64,000 bases of DNA, from assembly GCA_964016885.1 (NCBI GenBank), contig OZ024740.1, positions 265,298,001 through 265,362,000 on the forward strand, written 5' to 3'. Position 1 is the first letter of the stretch; each line of letters starts with the position of its first letter. The notes beneath the pieces are model-generated. The model was not told where the DNA came from, searched no databases, and was given only the letters and a program-made list of their open reading frames with translations. This document shows positions 13,250-26,850 of the stretch, piece by piece. Origin of the DNA: Eledone cirrhosa (Eukaryota). Position numbers and translations under genes: made by a program.

Positions 13250-14252
13250 TGCGGCATCTCCAGATATTCTGCCTAAATGGTGAACAGGTATGGTCGCTGT
13301 TTCTCAGCACGTTTCTTTCACTGAGTTGCAGCCCTGGGTCAAGAAGAGAGCGAGACTGGGCGCCTGGCATCTGGAATACTTACTGCCCTCTACCAGGTGG
13401 GCAATGCGATCAGTGGAACTTCCACTCTCGAGTTCTATAGAGGACTAGTAGTGGCAAATGCGACTCCACACTCGGAGAGGTTCTGGGCGTCGACAAAGTC
13501 GAACTAACCAGTCTGTTCCTGGGAGCTTTCGATGGATAACTTCCAGAAATCCCTCAATTGGCAGTGTTAGCGGGGGGCACTGCCGGTTCGAGATAAATTC
13601 TACAGGCACGGAAGTGATGTCAGACGGACCTGCCCGAGATGAGCCCAGAGTGACGAAACTGTTCTCCACGCACTCGTCCAGTGTCGTGCATTACTGACTT
13701 GCGGAGTTATGTCAACAGCTGTTGTCGTGTGCACAACGGATCCGACCGAGTCCACAGTAAAGATCAACCCACCGCGTTTTGGTGGCAGTAGCGAAAGAGA
13801 TTGTATGGTGGACCAGATCGAAAGGACTAAAACTGATACTTTTCTCTTCGGCCAATCCCTCATCAAATATTTCAAATTTCACTTGGAAAGGAAGGTGAGG
13901 GGTGGGGGGAGTGCTTCTCCCCAGTACATTTGTTAAAAGGTGGGTGAATGTAGCGAGAATGGCCCGTTTGATTGGAACCACTCTGAGCATACGCCTATAG
14001 GCTGGTGAATTTGAGGAGAGGAGTGCCCTTCCAGAGTGCCCTTGAATCGTCGGGTGGTTCAGGATTGGTGGAGTACCTGACCTAACTCTGGGTGTTTATG
14101 CCCCCTATTGGTGAACTTTTTTTGTTTTTAATTTTCTTGTTTCTTGTTATTGTTTTCATATTTTTTACTTGAATTTTGTGTAAAACCTCCACTGTCCCCG
14201 TCTATTGTATTGTCCTCCTATATGTCGGCCCTTGTGGGTAATATATGAAACC
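13250..14252 (+). mobile_element. 5'-truncated Tx1/L1-clade LINE (ORF2 C-terminus and 3' UTR)
   Basis: Homologous to 29230-30320 (-). Shows a zinc-knuckle region and FLFGQSLIKYFKFHLERKVR. The 3' end gcccttgtgggtaatatatgaaac matches gcccctgtggctaataaagaaac. Confidence 0.85.
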
Positions 14253-14605
14253 ATTCAAATCCCGCCGAGGTTAACTTTGCTTTTCATCCTTACGGGGTCG
14301 ATAAAATAAAGTACCAGTAATGCACTGGGTAATTGCTGGCCTTGTGACAAAAATAGAAACAATTATTATTATTAAGGCCGGTTGATTAGCAGAATCGATA
14401 GAGCGTCGGACAACATGCATAGCAGCATAGAGTTAAGGTCCTTTACGTTCTGAGTTCAAATCCCGATGAGGTTAGCTTTGCCTTTCATCCTTATGGGACC
14501 GATAAGATAAAGCACCAGTAATACAATGGGGTCGGTTTAATCGCCCCCCCCCCCCACACACACACACCAAAATTGCTGGCCATGTACCTATAGTAGAAAC
14601 GATTA
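14253..14605 (+). mobile_element. Two tandem SINE copies, the first starting within its B-box
   Basis: ttcaaatcccgccgagg core at 14253. Second head ggccggttgattagcagaatcgatagagcg at about 14376. Confidence 0.85.
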
Positions 14606-14739
14606 TATTGGTTGTTGAACTACAAAGACGTGATTTGTGAGCTCATGAATTTTGTCTATTGATAACTAATGTTTTCGATCTGAAATTTGATTATTGTTTT
14701 GAAGATAAAGGACTCAGCTTTGTTCAATCAAAAGCACAG

Positions 14740-17465
14740 TCAGAATTCGGTCAGCTGCAGTGGCAACAGCAACTGTGTTAAACATTTAACTAGCCCCAAC
14801 CAAGCATGATCTTCTTCTTCTAACGAAATAAAAGTAAATAGCTAACTTGTTGCAAACACCACCACTACCACACCCACCTAAACCAACACCAGTACAAACA
14901 CTATCGCCAGCCCCACCACCGCCACTACCAACAGCACCAACACCTGTGCCAGCAGCAGTAACAACAAGGGTAACAGTAATAACAACAGCAGCAGCAACAA
15001 CAACAACAACAACAACAACAGCAACAACAACAAAAACAGCAATAACTAAAAGGCCGACGACGACAACGACAACAAAAACAACAGAAGCAACAACAGCAGC
15101 AGGGATAATTAGCTACCAAAGCAGGCAGGAGCGGTCCAATCAACCATATCCTTCGTGACGTGGGGGCGGCCAAAAATGTAAGAATCCATGTTAGCAACGA
15201 GGAGATGAGAAAATCTAAAATTTTGGTCAAGAAGAGCAGCCACAGACTCAGCCTCGCCCATGCACTCGACGTCATGAAAAACAGACGTCTGTGTATGGTA
15301 ACAAATAGCGGCGAGTGAACGGGTGACCGAATCTCAAGTCTAAAGGGCTATGGGTGCCTTTTGGGCACAACACATATACATAGCCCGGGCGACAAAATAT
15401 GGCATCGTGGATGTTTTCTTTGCTACACCTGAAGAAACCAGAACACATTCGAGTATGCCACTCCGCAGCGAAGAGATCGCTATGGTGCCGAGGCACTGCG
15501 GCCATAACTTTGTGAGGGACCGGGTAACCCATAATCCGGCTTCAGTAGACATCACTTGGATGATTGCAACCGCCCCCACAGACGTCGAAGGGACGACCAC
15601 TATCTTAGATGCCATGTGAATAAACAAGAGAACAAGTCAGGATCGAGGATGGAGCTGATAACCAAATCTAACCATGGAAATGTAGAGGCCAGCTCCATGT
15701 GATCGATCTGGACGACGGCAGCCACGGTTGAGGGTAGAAGGCCAAGGTGTAGCGGGTGTAGAGAAGGAACGCATCTAAAGGCCTTCTGCCCAAAACTGAC
15801 TAAGGCAGATACGAGCCCACCCCCTCCCCTAAATCCGTGTCCCACGACAGGAGTAGCCCAAGTATCTGAGGCCGCAGTAAAGACAAAACTACCAATGCCG
15901 GTGACATCAACAACAGAAACGCCATCTCCACCACCAACAGCGCCACCATGACCAGTGAAGAATATACCGCTTTCCGATATAGGACAATCGGACAAAGAGT
16001 GTGATTACGCTGAAGGGTGAAAACCCATCGGAGCAAGAAAAGTAAAAAAGGTCACCTTTCGCCCTCAAAAGAAAGAGGACGAATCAAACAAAGAAATGGG
16101 AAGACACCAAAGCCACCGCGACCCCACTCTATGATAATCAGCCCCACCTCCACAAACAACAACGCCTTCACCATCATCAACCCTAAATCCACCTCGACCA
16201 ACACCACAACAAACTCAAACAACAAACCAAACAGGTACAAACCCACATGCACAAACACAACAAAACGATAAAATTGCAACGCACGACACGGCTTTAAACA
16301 AGAACAACAAACAACTATTGCACTAAACCCAGCACAATACCAGCTTCACAGAGGAAAGCTACACACCACACCACATTCACACCACACACACATGTACAAA
16401 TGGCACGCATCTCAAAAATGGCATATACTGTTTTATAAGGAAAATTCTCCAATGACATTGGAGATTTCCGTGAAACCCTCTCTTGAAGGACATACAAAGA
16501 CAACTTTGCAGAGAGGACCACAATGAGCCAGAAGGACGGAGGAAACGTCCTTCCTCCATTTTCCTACTCATCTTTCAACATGGCCTTACTCAGAATAGGC
16601 AGCTTAAATACACTTGGCCTGGGATCGTCATTGAAGCAGGGTCACCTGCTTAACGCCCTAAGGTCAATGAACATAGATGCGGTGGCCATCAGCGAAACGA
16701 GAATTACCGAGGCACAATCCTTCGCACCCATTTTCAGCGGCTACAAGGTGTACGCCTATCCAAGCCGTCCAATATCTGGAGGCGGAGTCGCTGTGTTGTT
16801 TCGAAAAGGCTGAATCTCGTGATACAGACTATCTTCCTGGACCCAGAAGGTAAGTCATTGGTGCTGGACGTGAGCAGCAGTGACGGTTATGCTTTCAGGC
16901 TAGTGACTGTTTATGCTCCTACATGGGCAGGACAGCCTGACTTCTTCAGGCAACTGGAGGGCTTCCTATGAACGGCCCGCTCTTTAATGTTAGTGGGCGA
17001 TTGGAACGGAACTAGATATTTCTAGCATAGGTTGTTCACTCTGCAAGATTATCGACTACACAGACCACAAATTTGTACATGTGTGCTCGACTCAAATAGG
17101 GACCCGGCTATTGGAAGCTGAAGGCGTAGCTCGCGGTATGCAAAGCCTACAGAGACCGGATTAATGAATTATTTAAGTGGGGTTTAACGGCACCTTCTCG
17201 TTCTATAGCGAGTTAGTGGAGCATTAAAACGAGGACGTCCTTGGGGAGACTCCGGTCGTCGATGAAAATTCACTATACAATCTCTTCCGCAAAACGTTCG
17301 GGCTGGGGCCCATGGACAATTTCCAGAAATCCCTGGCCCGGCAGAGTTACCGAGGAGCTTTGTCAGTTCGGGATAAACTCTACAGTCATGAACGCGCCGT
17401 CAGTCGGTCCCGCCCGAGATGCGCGCAGGGTGACGAAACAGTCCCGTATGCACTCGTCGGGTGCA
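14740..17465 (+). mobile_element. Tx1/L1-clade LINE, 5' portion with internally deleted ORF2
   Basis: (CAA)n-rich ORF1 region with VEGRRPRC. ORF2 starts at about 16579: MALLRIGSLNTLGLG...IDAVAISETRI, with GDWN and GYWKL motifs. It then jumps to MDNFQKSLARQSYRGALSVRDKLY...PRCAQGDETVPYAL, so the RT domain is absent. Confidence 0.85.
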
Positions 17466-17550
17466 TGCAGAACACATACACGCACTCCCCCACCTTACAC
17501 ACAGACAGACAAACAGACACACACACAAACAGACACACACACATACAGAC

Positions 17551-17582
<32 letters not shown>

Positions 17583-17599
17583 TCTCGCTGTCTTTTACA

Positions 17600-18993
17600 T
17601 CGGTAATCTAACTTACTCGGTCCTCAATGTTGCCATTGACTGACCGACGGTCAAAAAATAATACAGATACAATATAGACACAAATACATATATATAGTTT
17701 ATCATAAATCTTTCGTTGCACATCTGTAACATCGTCAGTAGTGTTATATTTTCCTCCTGTTGTGTTGTATGTCTACGCCATTTTTATTCAGTCTGTCTAT
17801 ATATTTATTTATTTGCTTGTTTGTTTATTTTATTTTGTTTTCTTTGCGCATGCGTTTGCGTGTGTGTATAATGTTATGTGATGGGTGACTAGTGTGTGTT
17901 TATGTGCTTGATGTTACTGTGCTTGTGTATGTATTTATTTATTTATTTATTTATCTTATTTTATTTACTTATTTATACTTCTCTTAGGTCAGTGTTGTTT
18001 GTTTGGGTGTTGTTGTTATTCCATTCATTCTTTCTGTTTAGCTTTGGTCTTCTAATTTCTATTTCACTGGCCTCTCTGATTTGCCTATCTGCTGGGTCAT
18101 TTCTATGTTTAGATATTATTCTAATTTCTATGTTGTCTATGTTACCGTCATGTTGTTGTCTAGCATGTTCGTATAGTACTGACCCGTTTTTTCGTCCTTT
18201 TAGTTCCCCCCAGTGTTGGTCTATCCTTTCACCTATGCTACGAGCTGTCTCACCTATGTATGTTGTTGTCATGTTTCTGCAAGTACCCTCTGTACATCTT
18301 ATGCTATAGACTACGTTTCTAGTTTTACAGTTTATCCGGGGGTTCACCTTACATATGATACATTTCCTGTTGGTACAGTGGGTTTTCTTAAAAGGGTAGG
18401 TTTTGCTGATCAGGGATTTTATGGTGGTTCCTGGCTTTTCTACCACCTTTATTTTTAAGTGGGTCTTTCTCAGGGCCTTTCTACACTGGTTAGCTAATTT
18501 CCCTCCAGGGGTGGCGTCCACAAACATGACACTCTGGTATCTCTGGTTGTCGTACCATGAGGTGGCTTTCCCTATCTTATGTCTAGCCCTATCTAAGCTA
18601 TTCCATGATTTGCTCCTGTATAATGGGCAAATTCATTTCATGTCCAGTTCTATGAGGGTCTTATACTTTTCCATGGCTCCTTCGTATACTCTGACTCTGT
18701 CTCTTTGGTTGTAGCCAGAGAACTGCATGCGGTTGATGAAGTGTTGGATGTGTTTTTCCATTTCCGTCGGGTCGCACATGCGGGACACATTCTTCATCAC
18801 TCGTACCAAATCTGCGATCAGAATATTAAACTTAGCACTACTGGACATTGCTGAGTTTTTGAGTATCAGGTATTTGGAGGCCATGGGTTTAGCATAGTGT
18901 GAGTGGAGAATTTGGGCTCTCTCGTCTATAGTGTTAATCCAGAGTTCTGTGTCTAATACAGGTAGTCTATTGTTAGGGTGTTTGGAAGGGAAG
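17600..18993 (-). mobile_element. 5'-truncated Penelope-like element, Naiad-like (RT thumb, GIY-YIG endonuclease, 3' pLTR)
   Basis: One frame from 18993 to 17973 with a single TGA (18633-18635): FPSKHPNNRLPVLDTELW, YAKPMASK, SGY, PLYR, FVDATPGGKL, NCKTRNVVYSIRC...YIGETARS..ER..QH. The clade call is from remembered motifs. Confidence 0.9.
17701..17742 (-). ncRNA. Minimal hammerhead motif in the PLE 3' pLTR
   Basis: Reverse complement reads acta-CTGACGA-tgttac agat gtgcaac-GAAA-gatt-TA-tgat. Same type as 2100 and 4280, with stems partly decayed. Confidence 0.65.
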
Positions 18994-19034
18994 ACGACTT
19001 CCCTTCCAAACACCCTAACAATAGACTACCTGTA
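18957..19034. repeat. Perfect 37-bp-arm hairpin at the 5' truncation point of the PLE
   Basis: tacaggtagtctattgttagggtgtttggaagggaag-acga-cttcccttccaaacaccctaacaatagactacctgta. Confidence 0.95.
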
Positions 19035-19704
19035 GAATCTATATGCACCTATGGTTATATCATCGATGGCGGGTGTGTAATAAAATATACACTTATATGG
19101 TGTGTGAATATACTTGGATGGATGCGTGTGTTCGTTTATTTATGCCAAGATGTCCATATGTGTTTCTTTGTTCCCCTATATTTAAATGCTCTTTGAAGTG
19201 CTAAATGTGAATTATTTAAATCTGGTTTACCTAATCACAGGATTAAAATTCTAATGTTAGTTTCCATGAATTGTCTCCCTTTACTAGAAATGAATTAAGG
19301 CGTTTTTTATTTAATATTTTTTTTATGTTTTTTTGTTGTCCCTCTAAAGTAAATATGATGTCAACATCTGAACAACGGAAGAAAATAAAGCCCGAAAAAG
19401 AATTTCCTTCGAAAGATATTCTGTACTTAAGCTTTATGTCCAACATTCCTGCTAAAGTTAAAATCGATGTTTCATTGACATCACTGTTCCTTAAAAAGAC
19501 TTTTATCATCTCTTTGAGGAGAATGAATATGAGGCTATAGCCATATATCTAAACCTATATATAGGCGTCATTATGCGAAATGCTTACCAACCTTTCGAAG
19601 AATGGAATTCATATACCATTTGAAACTTATGTAAGAGAATAAATATGGTTTTGGGAAGAAAGAAGTTAAATTTTCCATTGATACTCTTATTTATATTTAG
19701 GAAT

Positions 19705-19808
<104 letters not shown>

Positions 19809-19823
19809 TCTTTCTATCTCTCC

Positions 19824-19857
<34 letters not shown>

Positions 19858-20704
19858 TTCTCTCTCGATGCTAAAACACACACACACACGCACACACACA
19901 CATATATATATATATATGTGTGTTTGTGTGTGTGCGTGTGTGTGTGTTTGTATGTTTATAAAGAAAGAAAAGTAAAGACAAAAGAGGGAAAGAGTAATTG
20001 GTATTGTTGCTCTGTGTTTTGTGATGGCCAAATTTGTGTATGTTAGAGAATTACAGGATGGATAAGAAGTTGGGGACATCTTGGAAAGTTGCCCTTAACA
20101 GTGGCCCTGGTCGACCTAAATCTTGTGAGGAAATGTGGGTGAACAGAAACTATGTACAAACATGTCAGATGGTCTATACCTATTATTCAAAGGTCCAACC
20201 TTGTCCCATTTTCTGTCACACAAATTCTATTTGGAATTATATTAAGGGTTCACATGTCTGCGGAATACTTAGCCCCTTATACTTTCATTCTTGGTTTTTG
20301 GCGTTTAAACGATCGAGTAGCAGTAACACATCTTAAACGACGGAGGATCCATTATTATATGCACAGTCGTGACATATTAGAAGTTTACAAAACGAAAGTG
20401 ACAGAAGAAAAATGGCATTAACATATACAATGGAATTCTCAAAACACTCTCACTGAGATCTTACTCAGGGGCATTTATCAATTCCCATTTTACATGGGAA
20501 TAAATTCAAATTTGCATTGTCATCCCATACGGTCACACAGAAGAGTCTCGGGAACGTTATATCGAGCCCAATGGATGCTGACATATGCGCAAATGACCGG
20601 AGAAATTATCCAAATATAATGTTTAAAATAGAGATACTCAGGAAGTCGAGGGTAAAAATAAAACAAATAATCCCCATAATAATTTATTCATTAAGTGTTT
20701 GTAC

Positions 20705-20945
20705 GTAGCTTAGCGTTTGGTGTATTCAGTTCATGATCATACGCTCGTGAATTTGATTCTCAACGGTGCGTTGTGTCTATGAGCAAAATACTTTATTTCA
20801 CGTTATTCCAGTCCACTCAACTGGGATAAATTGAGTTGTATTTGAGATTCATAGGGCCAGTTTTGAAACACACTTTGTCACGCTGAATTTACTTGAGAGA
20901 TATGTGTTAGGTATACGTATCTGTTGAACGCGCAGCCACTTGCAT
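20705..20945 (+). mobile_element. Second SINE type
   Basis: gtagcttagcg head and cgttgtgtctatgagcaaaatactttatttcacg, the reverse complement of the 24300-24340 motif. Confidence 0.65.
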
Positions 20946-21133
20946 TTTAATAAGTAAAGTACATATACTTATAACGTAGAATAATACCGATGGATGAACT
21001 CAAGATATTAGGTCTCGACTTGCCGACGAAAGTTCTTGTGCATTCTAAGTACATATTAAATAACATATATTTACGTCATTGAAAATAAATCATAAATAAT
21101 ATATATATATATGTATATATATATATAAATATG

Positions 21134-21170
<37 letters not shown>

Positions 21171-21174
21171 ATGT

Positions 21175-21283
<109 letters not shown>

Positions 21284-21397
21284 GGTTTAAAAACACGGGG
21301 AATGAGAGGGTTGTACCAAAGTGGAGAACATTATGTAAAATATATGCGTGATCAGAGGCAATCCACGAAAGTCAGAATAGCAACAGAGAATTGTCAG

Positions 21398-21461
<64 letters not shown>

Positions 21462-21813
21462 GACATACATATATATGCTTATTTTTACGTGAGTGTGTGT
21501 ACATGTCTATGTGTATGTGTATGAGAGTAAATATATATTTTACCGAAGCACATACATACATATGTATAATTTTATTGACTGAGAAAAAGAATTACACTCA
21601 CTTTCAAATAGCGATTTCGGATATATGTCGTCTCATATCTTACAAAAAAATTACATGGTAGAAAAATATATTTTTATAATGCGTCAATAAATGAAAAAAA
21701 ATCATATCTAACCAATTTCTTGCACACACATAAACACAGACAGACACACAGATACAGACAGACACATACACGCAGACACACAGACAAACAGACTGAGAGA
21801 GAGAGACACACAC

Positions 21814-21849
<36 letters not shown>

Positions 21850-23022
21850 ATATGTATGAAAGAATATTATATATATATGCGTGTGTGTATATATATATAT
21901 ATTTATATATATATATATATATAATTTCCTTATTTATACGTAGAATTTCCTTGCTTATACATATAAGAATACATTTATACATATATACCTGTTCTCACAC
22001 ATACGTGTCTCGATAGTTTTTGTCATTCTATCTTCAGGTATTTTGTAAATGTATTTCGTATGATTCTTGAAAAGGAAAAATATCACAAGGAACACCCTTA
22101 TGGCCTCTAAAATGCATAGAGAAAACTTTATAAAGTGCTGAATTTTTTTCAAAAATGAATAGAGGTTCAATTTCCCCACCCTTTCTTCTCTCACTAATGC
22201 ATGAATTTTGAGAGATGATAAACTGGTATGAAATTGCCTTAAGCTGCAACACAAAAAAGTATGAAACTACAAAAAAAAAAAAAATAGGAGAAAAATAAAA
22301 ATATAAATTTGCTCAGAATTACGATATTGACAAGTTTTCAGAATGCAACTGAATTAAATATCTCAACGAAAAGCACTCGAAAAAAAAAATTCGAATCTCC
22401 GCCTTTGGAATAAAATGAAGAGACAAATTTCGTTCCATTTCTTTTGCTTATAGAAATCTTATTTAAAATATCTCAACTGAACTCTATATGAGCAGTATTC
22501 TGTAGTATCGTGAATACTTAATACGAGGACTTTAAAATCGTTAAAAGAAAGAAAAGAATGAAATTAAAAAAAATTTTATCCATTATACATTAAAATAAAA
22601 TAATATAAAAATACTGTAAAATTTTTTCTCCGACTGTGTCTTAGAAAAGGGTGACTTTATTGAAACGAAAATTTAAAGATTCTTACTTCTAAAAAAATGA
22701 AATTAGCTTAAAATATTTTTTTTTTTTAAAGTTCTAAAACATACTTAATATCATTAGTTTAAATCTATTGATGAAATATGCTTTTGAAATGACTTGATAA
22801 ACAAGTTGTTATTTCTTTTTAAAAACTATTCAGAAAAAGAGCATTAGATAACACAGCATGATAGAAAAATTCGTTTGATATCACTTGCCGAATATCTGTT
22901 TGGTTGCATGAACCAATCGTTATATTCAGTGTACTACAAAAGTTTATAACATACTTTCGAAAGGTTATATGCTGCATGCCGAACTCTGCAGGAATTAACG
23001 GATAACAAAACTGCTTATGTAC

Positions 23023-23097
<75 letters not shown>

Positions 23098-23205
23098 CAT
23101 ACATATATATATATAATATATATATATATATGTATAATATATACACACACACAGACACATCACACACACATATATATATACACACATACATATATATGTA
23201 TATAC

Positions 23206-23240
<35 letters not shown>

Positions 23241-23266
23241 CGCTGTAAACTTCCGGCATGTGTATG

Positions 23267-23298
<32 letters not shown>

Positions 23299-24159
23299 CA
23301 ATTGTGTGAGTTACTGTACATAGTAGAAAATACCGCCATTGATGCCAAGTATGTGAAGTATTCAAACACAAATACATGCAGTGAGATGTAATCGGATATT
23401 AGTTTGGAAACGTCGCTGACTCATTCTCACATTCTCACACAGACACTGAAAGAGCTACACTTGTGATTACAAACTCTCAGATACACACATACACACACAC
23501 ACGTATACGCATGCTCCCACAATCACTAAGACATGCAGAAAATACATGTAAATACACTCGCACACATGCCGTCACACATGCTTAAGCATTCTTTCTATAA
23601 ATTTTCATTTGTCATGATAAATGCAATATATTATTTTGAAAACTGTTTAGTATAATATACTCAAGAAAACGTAGAAGTTAGTATTTAAAAGTTTGAAGTT
23701 AAAATATTTCAAATATATTGAAAAAACCTGAATGTGTATTTTAAGAATGTGCTTAAACGATAAATATATTCCATATGAATTCCATACTACATGTAATTAA
23801 GCATTATTTATCATACATATTTTTTCAGAAACCGAAAGGGACAGAAAATAGAATAAAACTAAGTAAAGACAGAAAGAGCTAGGAATAGGAAGAAGATGCG
23901 GAGGGCGCAAACCTCATAAGTTTAGATGAACAGCCGGCAATACTAGCTGCACAAGCCATTTCACCTCACAGGCTTTTTACCTCTGGAGAAATGCACTTCT
24001 CATGATTTGGTGATAAAAAAACGGAGGAACTTGGACAGAGGTCACCGGAGGTCATCGTTAGTGATGAACACAGAAAATATAAGGTCCCTCAATTGTGCAT
24101 TAAATAGACTGTTAATTGGTATTCTAAAGTCTAAAGTTTGTCTTAAGCCAGAAGGCTCA

Positions 24160-24405
24160 TTGGCCGGTGCTTATCCCCAGTTTCATGGCGTGAAGCGACT
24201 GAGAGTACAAAACTTCCCCCTGGACAGGTCCCCAGTCTATCGCAGGGTTAAACCCCCTGCTATTGCTGGTACTCATGTTCAGCTGAGTATACTGGAGCAA
24301 CGTGAAATGAAGTGTTTTGCTCAAGGACACAACACGCAACCCAGGAATTGAACCCACGACATTATGATCTTATGTCCAACACCCTAACCACTAGGCCAGG
24401 TGCCA
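24160..24405 (-). mobile_element. Second SINE type
   Basis: Minus strand ggcctagtggttagggtgttgg (A-box) ... gggttcaattcc (B-box) ... gttgtgtccttgagcaaaacacttcatttcacg. Confidence 0.8.
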
Positions 24406-25119
24406 GTGAATAATAAAGGACTTGCAGTATTTGTTTCGATTCACTGCATTCTGAGATCAGATATCACTGAGTTCAGATATTCGTGGGTCCAATCTAATGA
24501 TTGGTTTCATTCTTTTATAGCATCATTAAGTGGCGCATAAATTCACCATATGCGGGCCTCGGACCACGTCTCCGCCGTGATTAAAACTCAATATCCTGAT
24601 GTTCTACATTCTATTGCAAACCATATGAACCTCTTCACACTTTCTACAACCAGTAGTCTAAGAAAATATAATTATAATAATTAATATTGATGACTAAGTT
24701 CTCTGCATGAAAGGGAGAAACAAATGAGAAAATGAATCATTTAATTGAATCAACTGCACCATGTAAAAGCTATATACTTTGTTCACCTTAGTATTATGAC
24801 AAAATCGGCTCCGATAAAATTTGAATTCAAGACGTAAATTGACGAAAAAAGAAAAAGAAAACACTACAAGATATTTTAAGAGATTCTCTGCCAATTCCTT
24901 CGTAATAATAAATATGTTTTAATTTTTTTCATGTGGTATGGTATAGTCCCCCAACTCTTGATGGAATCGTAGGGGTGCCCCAGTGACATACAGCGTTTCT
25001 TGGGCATTTTAAACTAGATGGAACGAGATCACTCTCCAGGTTTTGAATAGAATAGATTTCCCCGAGAGAAGGATAGAAAGTGAGAGAGAAAGAGAGATGA
25101 AGTCAGAAAGATATAGAGG

Positions 25120-25280
25120 AATAATCGACTCCAGTATTCGACTGGTATCTTTTTATAAACTTCAAAAGAATGAAAAGCAAAGTTGACTTCGGTGGTATTT
25201 GAACTCAGAGAGCAGAATGCCGCAGCGAATACCACAAAGCACATTTTCTGACGTTCTAACGACGATGCTAATTCGCCTCC
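25120..25280 (-). mobile_element. SINE (main family, diverged)
   Basis: gaatgaaaagcaaagttgacttcggtggtatttgaactcag. Confidence 0.75.
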
Positions 25281-26481
25281 GTTTGCTATATATAGTATAT
25301 CATAATATGTTATAAAGACAATGTATTTCGTTGCATATTACTGCTTTTGCAAGAAGGTTTCAATGATAATTATAACACAAATAACTCCATTCACAAAGGA
25401 TCATATTAAACCCAGGCAAAAGAAGTCATTCGTCCTTACTTTAATCTGCAGATTTCAAATATTTTTCCATCGAAATATTTCGTTTAACAAGTGATTGTGA
25501 TTTATTGAAGAGGTAAATATTTTATAGGCTTTTCTGCATTGTTCATTAATTAACCCTAACGTCGTATGCTTCACAAAACATATCAACGGAACAAATTCTA
25601 TGAGATTGTTGGCAATTATATTTATCCTATACTCCCATACAAGGAAGAACATTTATATTTGTAGACAATATAAAAGCAGTTTAACAATGCAAGAGTATAT
25701 GTCATCCGTGTCCATATCACATGTAGCGACCAATCAGATGATCAGATTTGACATTCTTGTATGTCAATATTTCAAATCATCACGACTGCATTAGCGCGGC
25801 GAAGACATTACAAAATTGTTCATAATACTCAAAATTATCCTGGAGAAGTCGTACAGTAGTACCAGGCTAATGCCTAGATAACCTCCCAGGGAATAGTATG
25901 TAGGTCATGAACATTGTTTTAATTCTCTGTGGATTGCATAAGTGAAAGGATGCAGCAACAACAATATGTTTCCGGTGGTAGCGGTCTATGAATAACTTAT
26001 AACTTTCCATAATGACCAGTCTCTACATTTCTTGATAACCTAACTGCTAGAAGGCAGGCTAAGGACACTTCCTCACGTTCCCATAATGACTACCAATTCC
26101 TGAGATTCAGGAAATATCTTAGTTTGTTTATGTCACTAGAACATTTTATATGCTATGAACATTATATTTTTTTGATTTCTACCAACGCTTATTATGTCTT
26201 TTATGGTTACCAGATAACGGGACTATTATATTTTTCTCGATGAAATGGAAATGTTTTAAAATTAATCATGTTTTAAAAATAGTTGTTTTAATTCTCATAA
26301 CATCTGTTTGCATATTTTAAAGATTAGGTCATAGTGATAGCATGCAAATAAAATATTTATAAATAATTAAGTAAAACATGGTCATATTATAATTTGTACA
26401 TGGGTATTGCTTCTTTGACTGAGAGGAGGAGAACTACAGGAAGCCATTGAAACATTTTAATATTTAGATAAATGCCTAATA

Positions 26482-26850
26482 ATAGTTGTTTCTACTTTTG
26501 GCACAAGGCCAGCAAATTAGCCAGTGTATTACTGGTACTTTATTTTATCGACCCTGTAAGGATGAAAGGCAAAGTTAACCTCGGCGGGATTTGAACTCAG
26601 AATGGCAAGGGCCGTAACTCTATGCGTCAAAGCACGGCGTCCGACCCTCTACCGATACTGCCAAGCCACCGCCTAATTAAATAAATGTCTAATAATAATT
26701 GTTTCTACATTAGGCACAAGGCCAGCAATTACCCAGTGCATTACTGGTACTTTATTTTATCGACCCCGTAAGGATGAAAGGCAAAGTCAACCTCAGCGGG
26801 ATTTGAACTCAGATCGTAAAGGGACGTAACGATACTGCCAATCCACGCCT
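26482..26850 (-). mobile_element. Two tandem SINE copies
   Basis: Reverse-complement core aaggatgaaaggcaaagt..cctc.gcgggatttgaactcag occurs twice. Confidence 0.9.

Noticed and set aside
19243-19540. Overlapping 88-89 aa ORFs on both strands as a host exon
   Set aside because: No recognisable motif, splice context or neighbouring exons.
19985-20420. Possible Tc1/mariner transposase remnant (SGPGRP, LSPLYF..W)
   Set aside because: Only faint motif echoes, with no DDE triad or TIR that I could verify.
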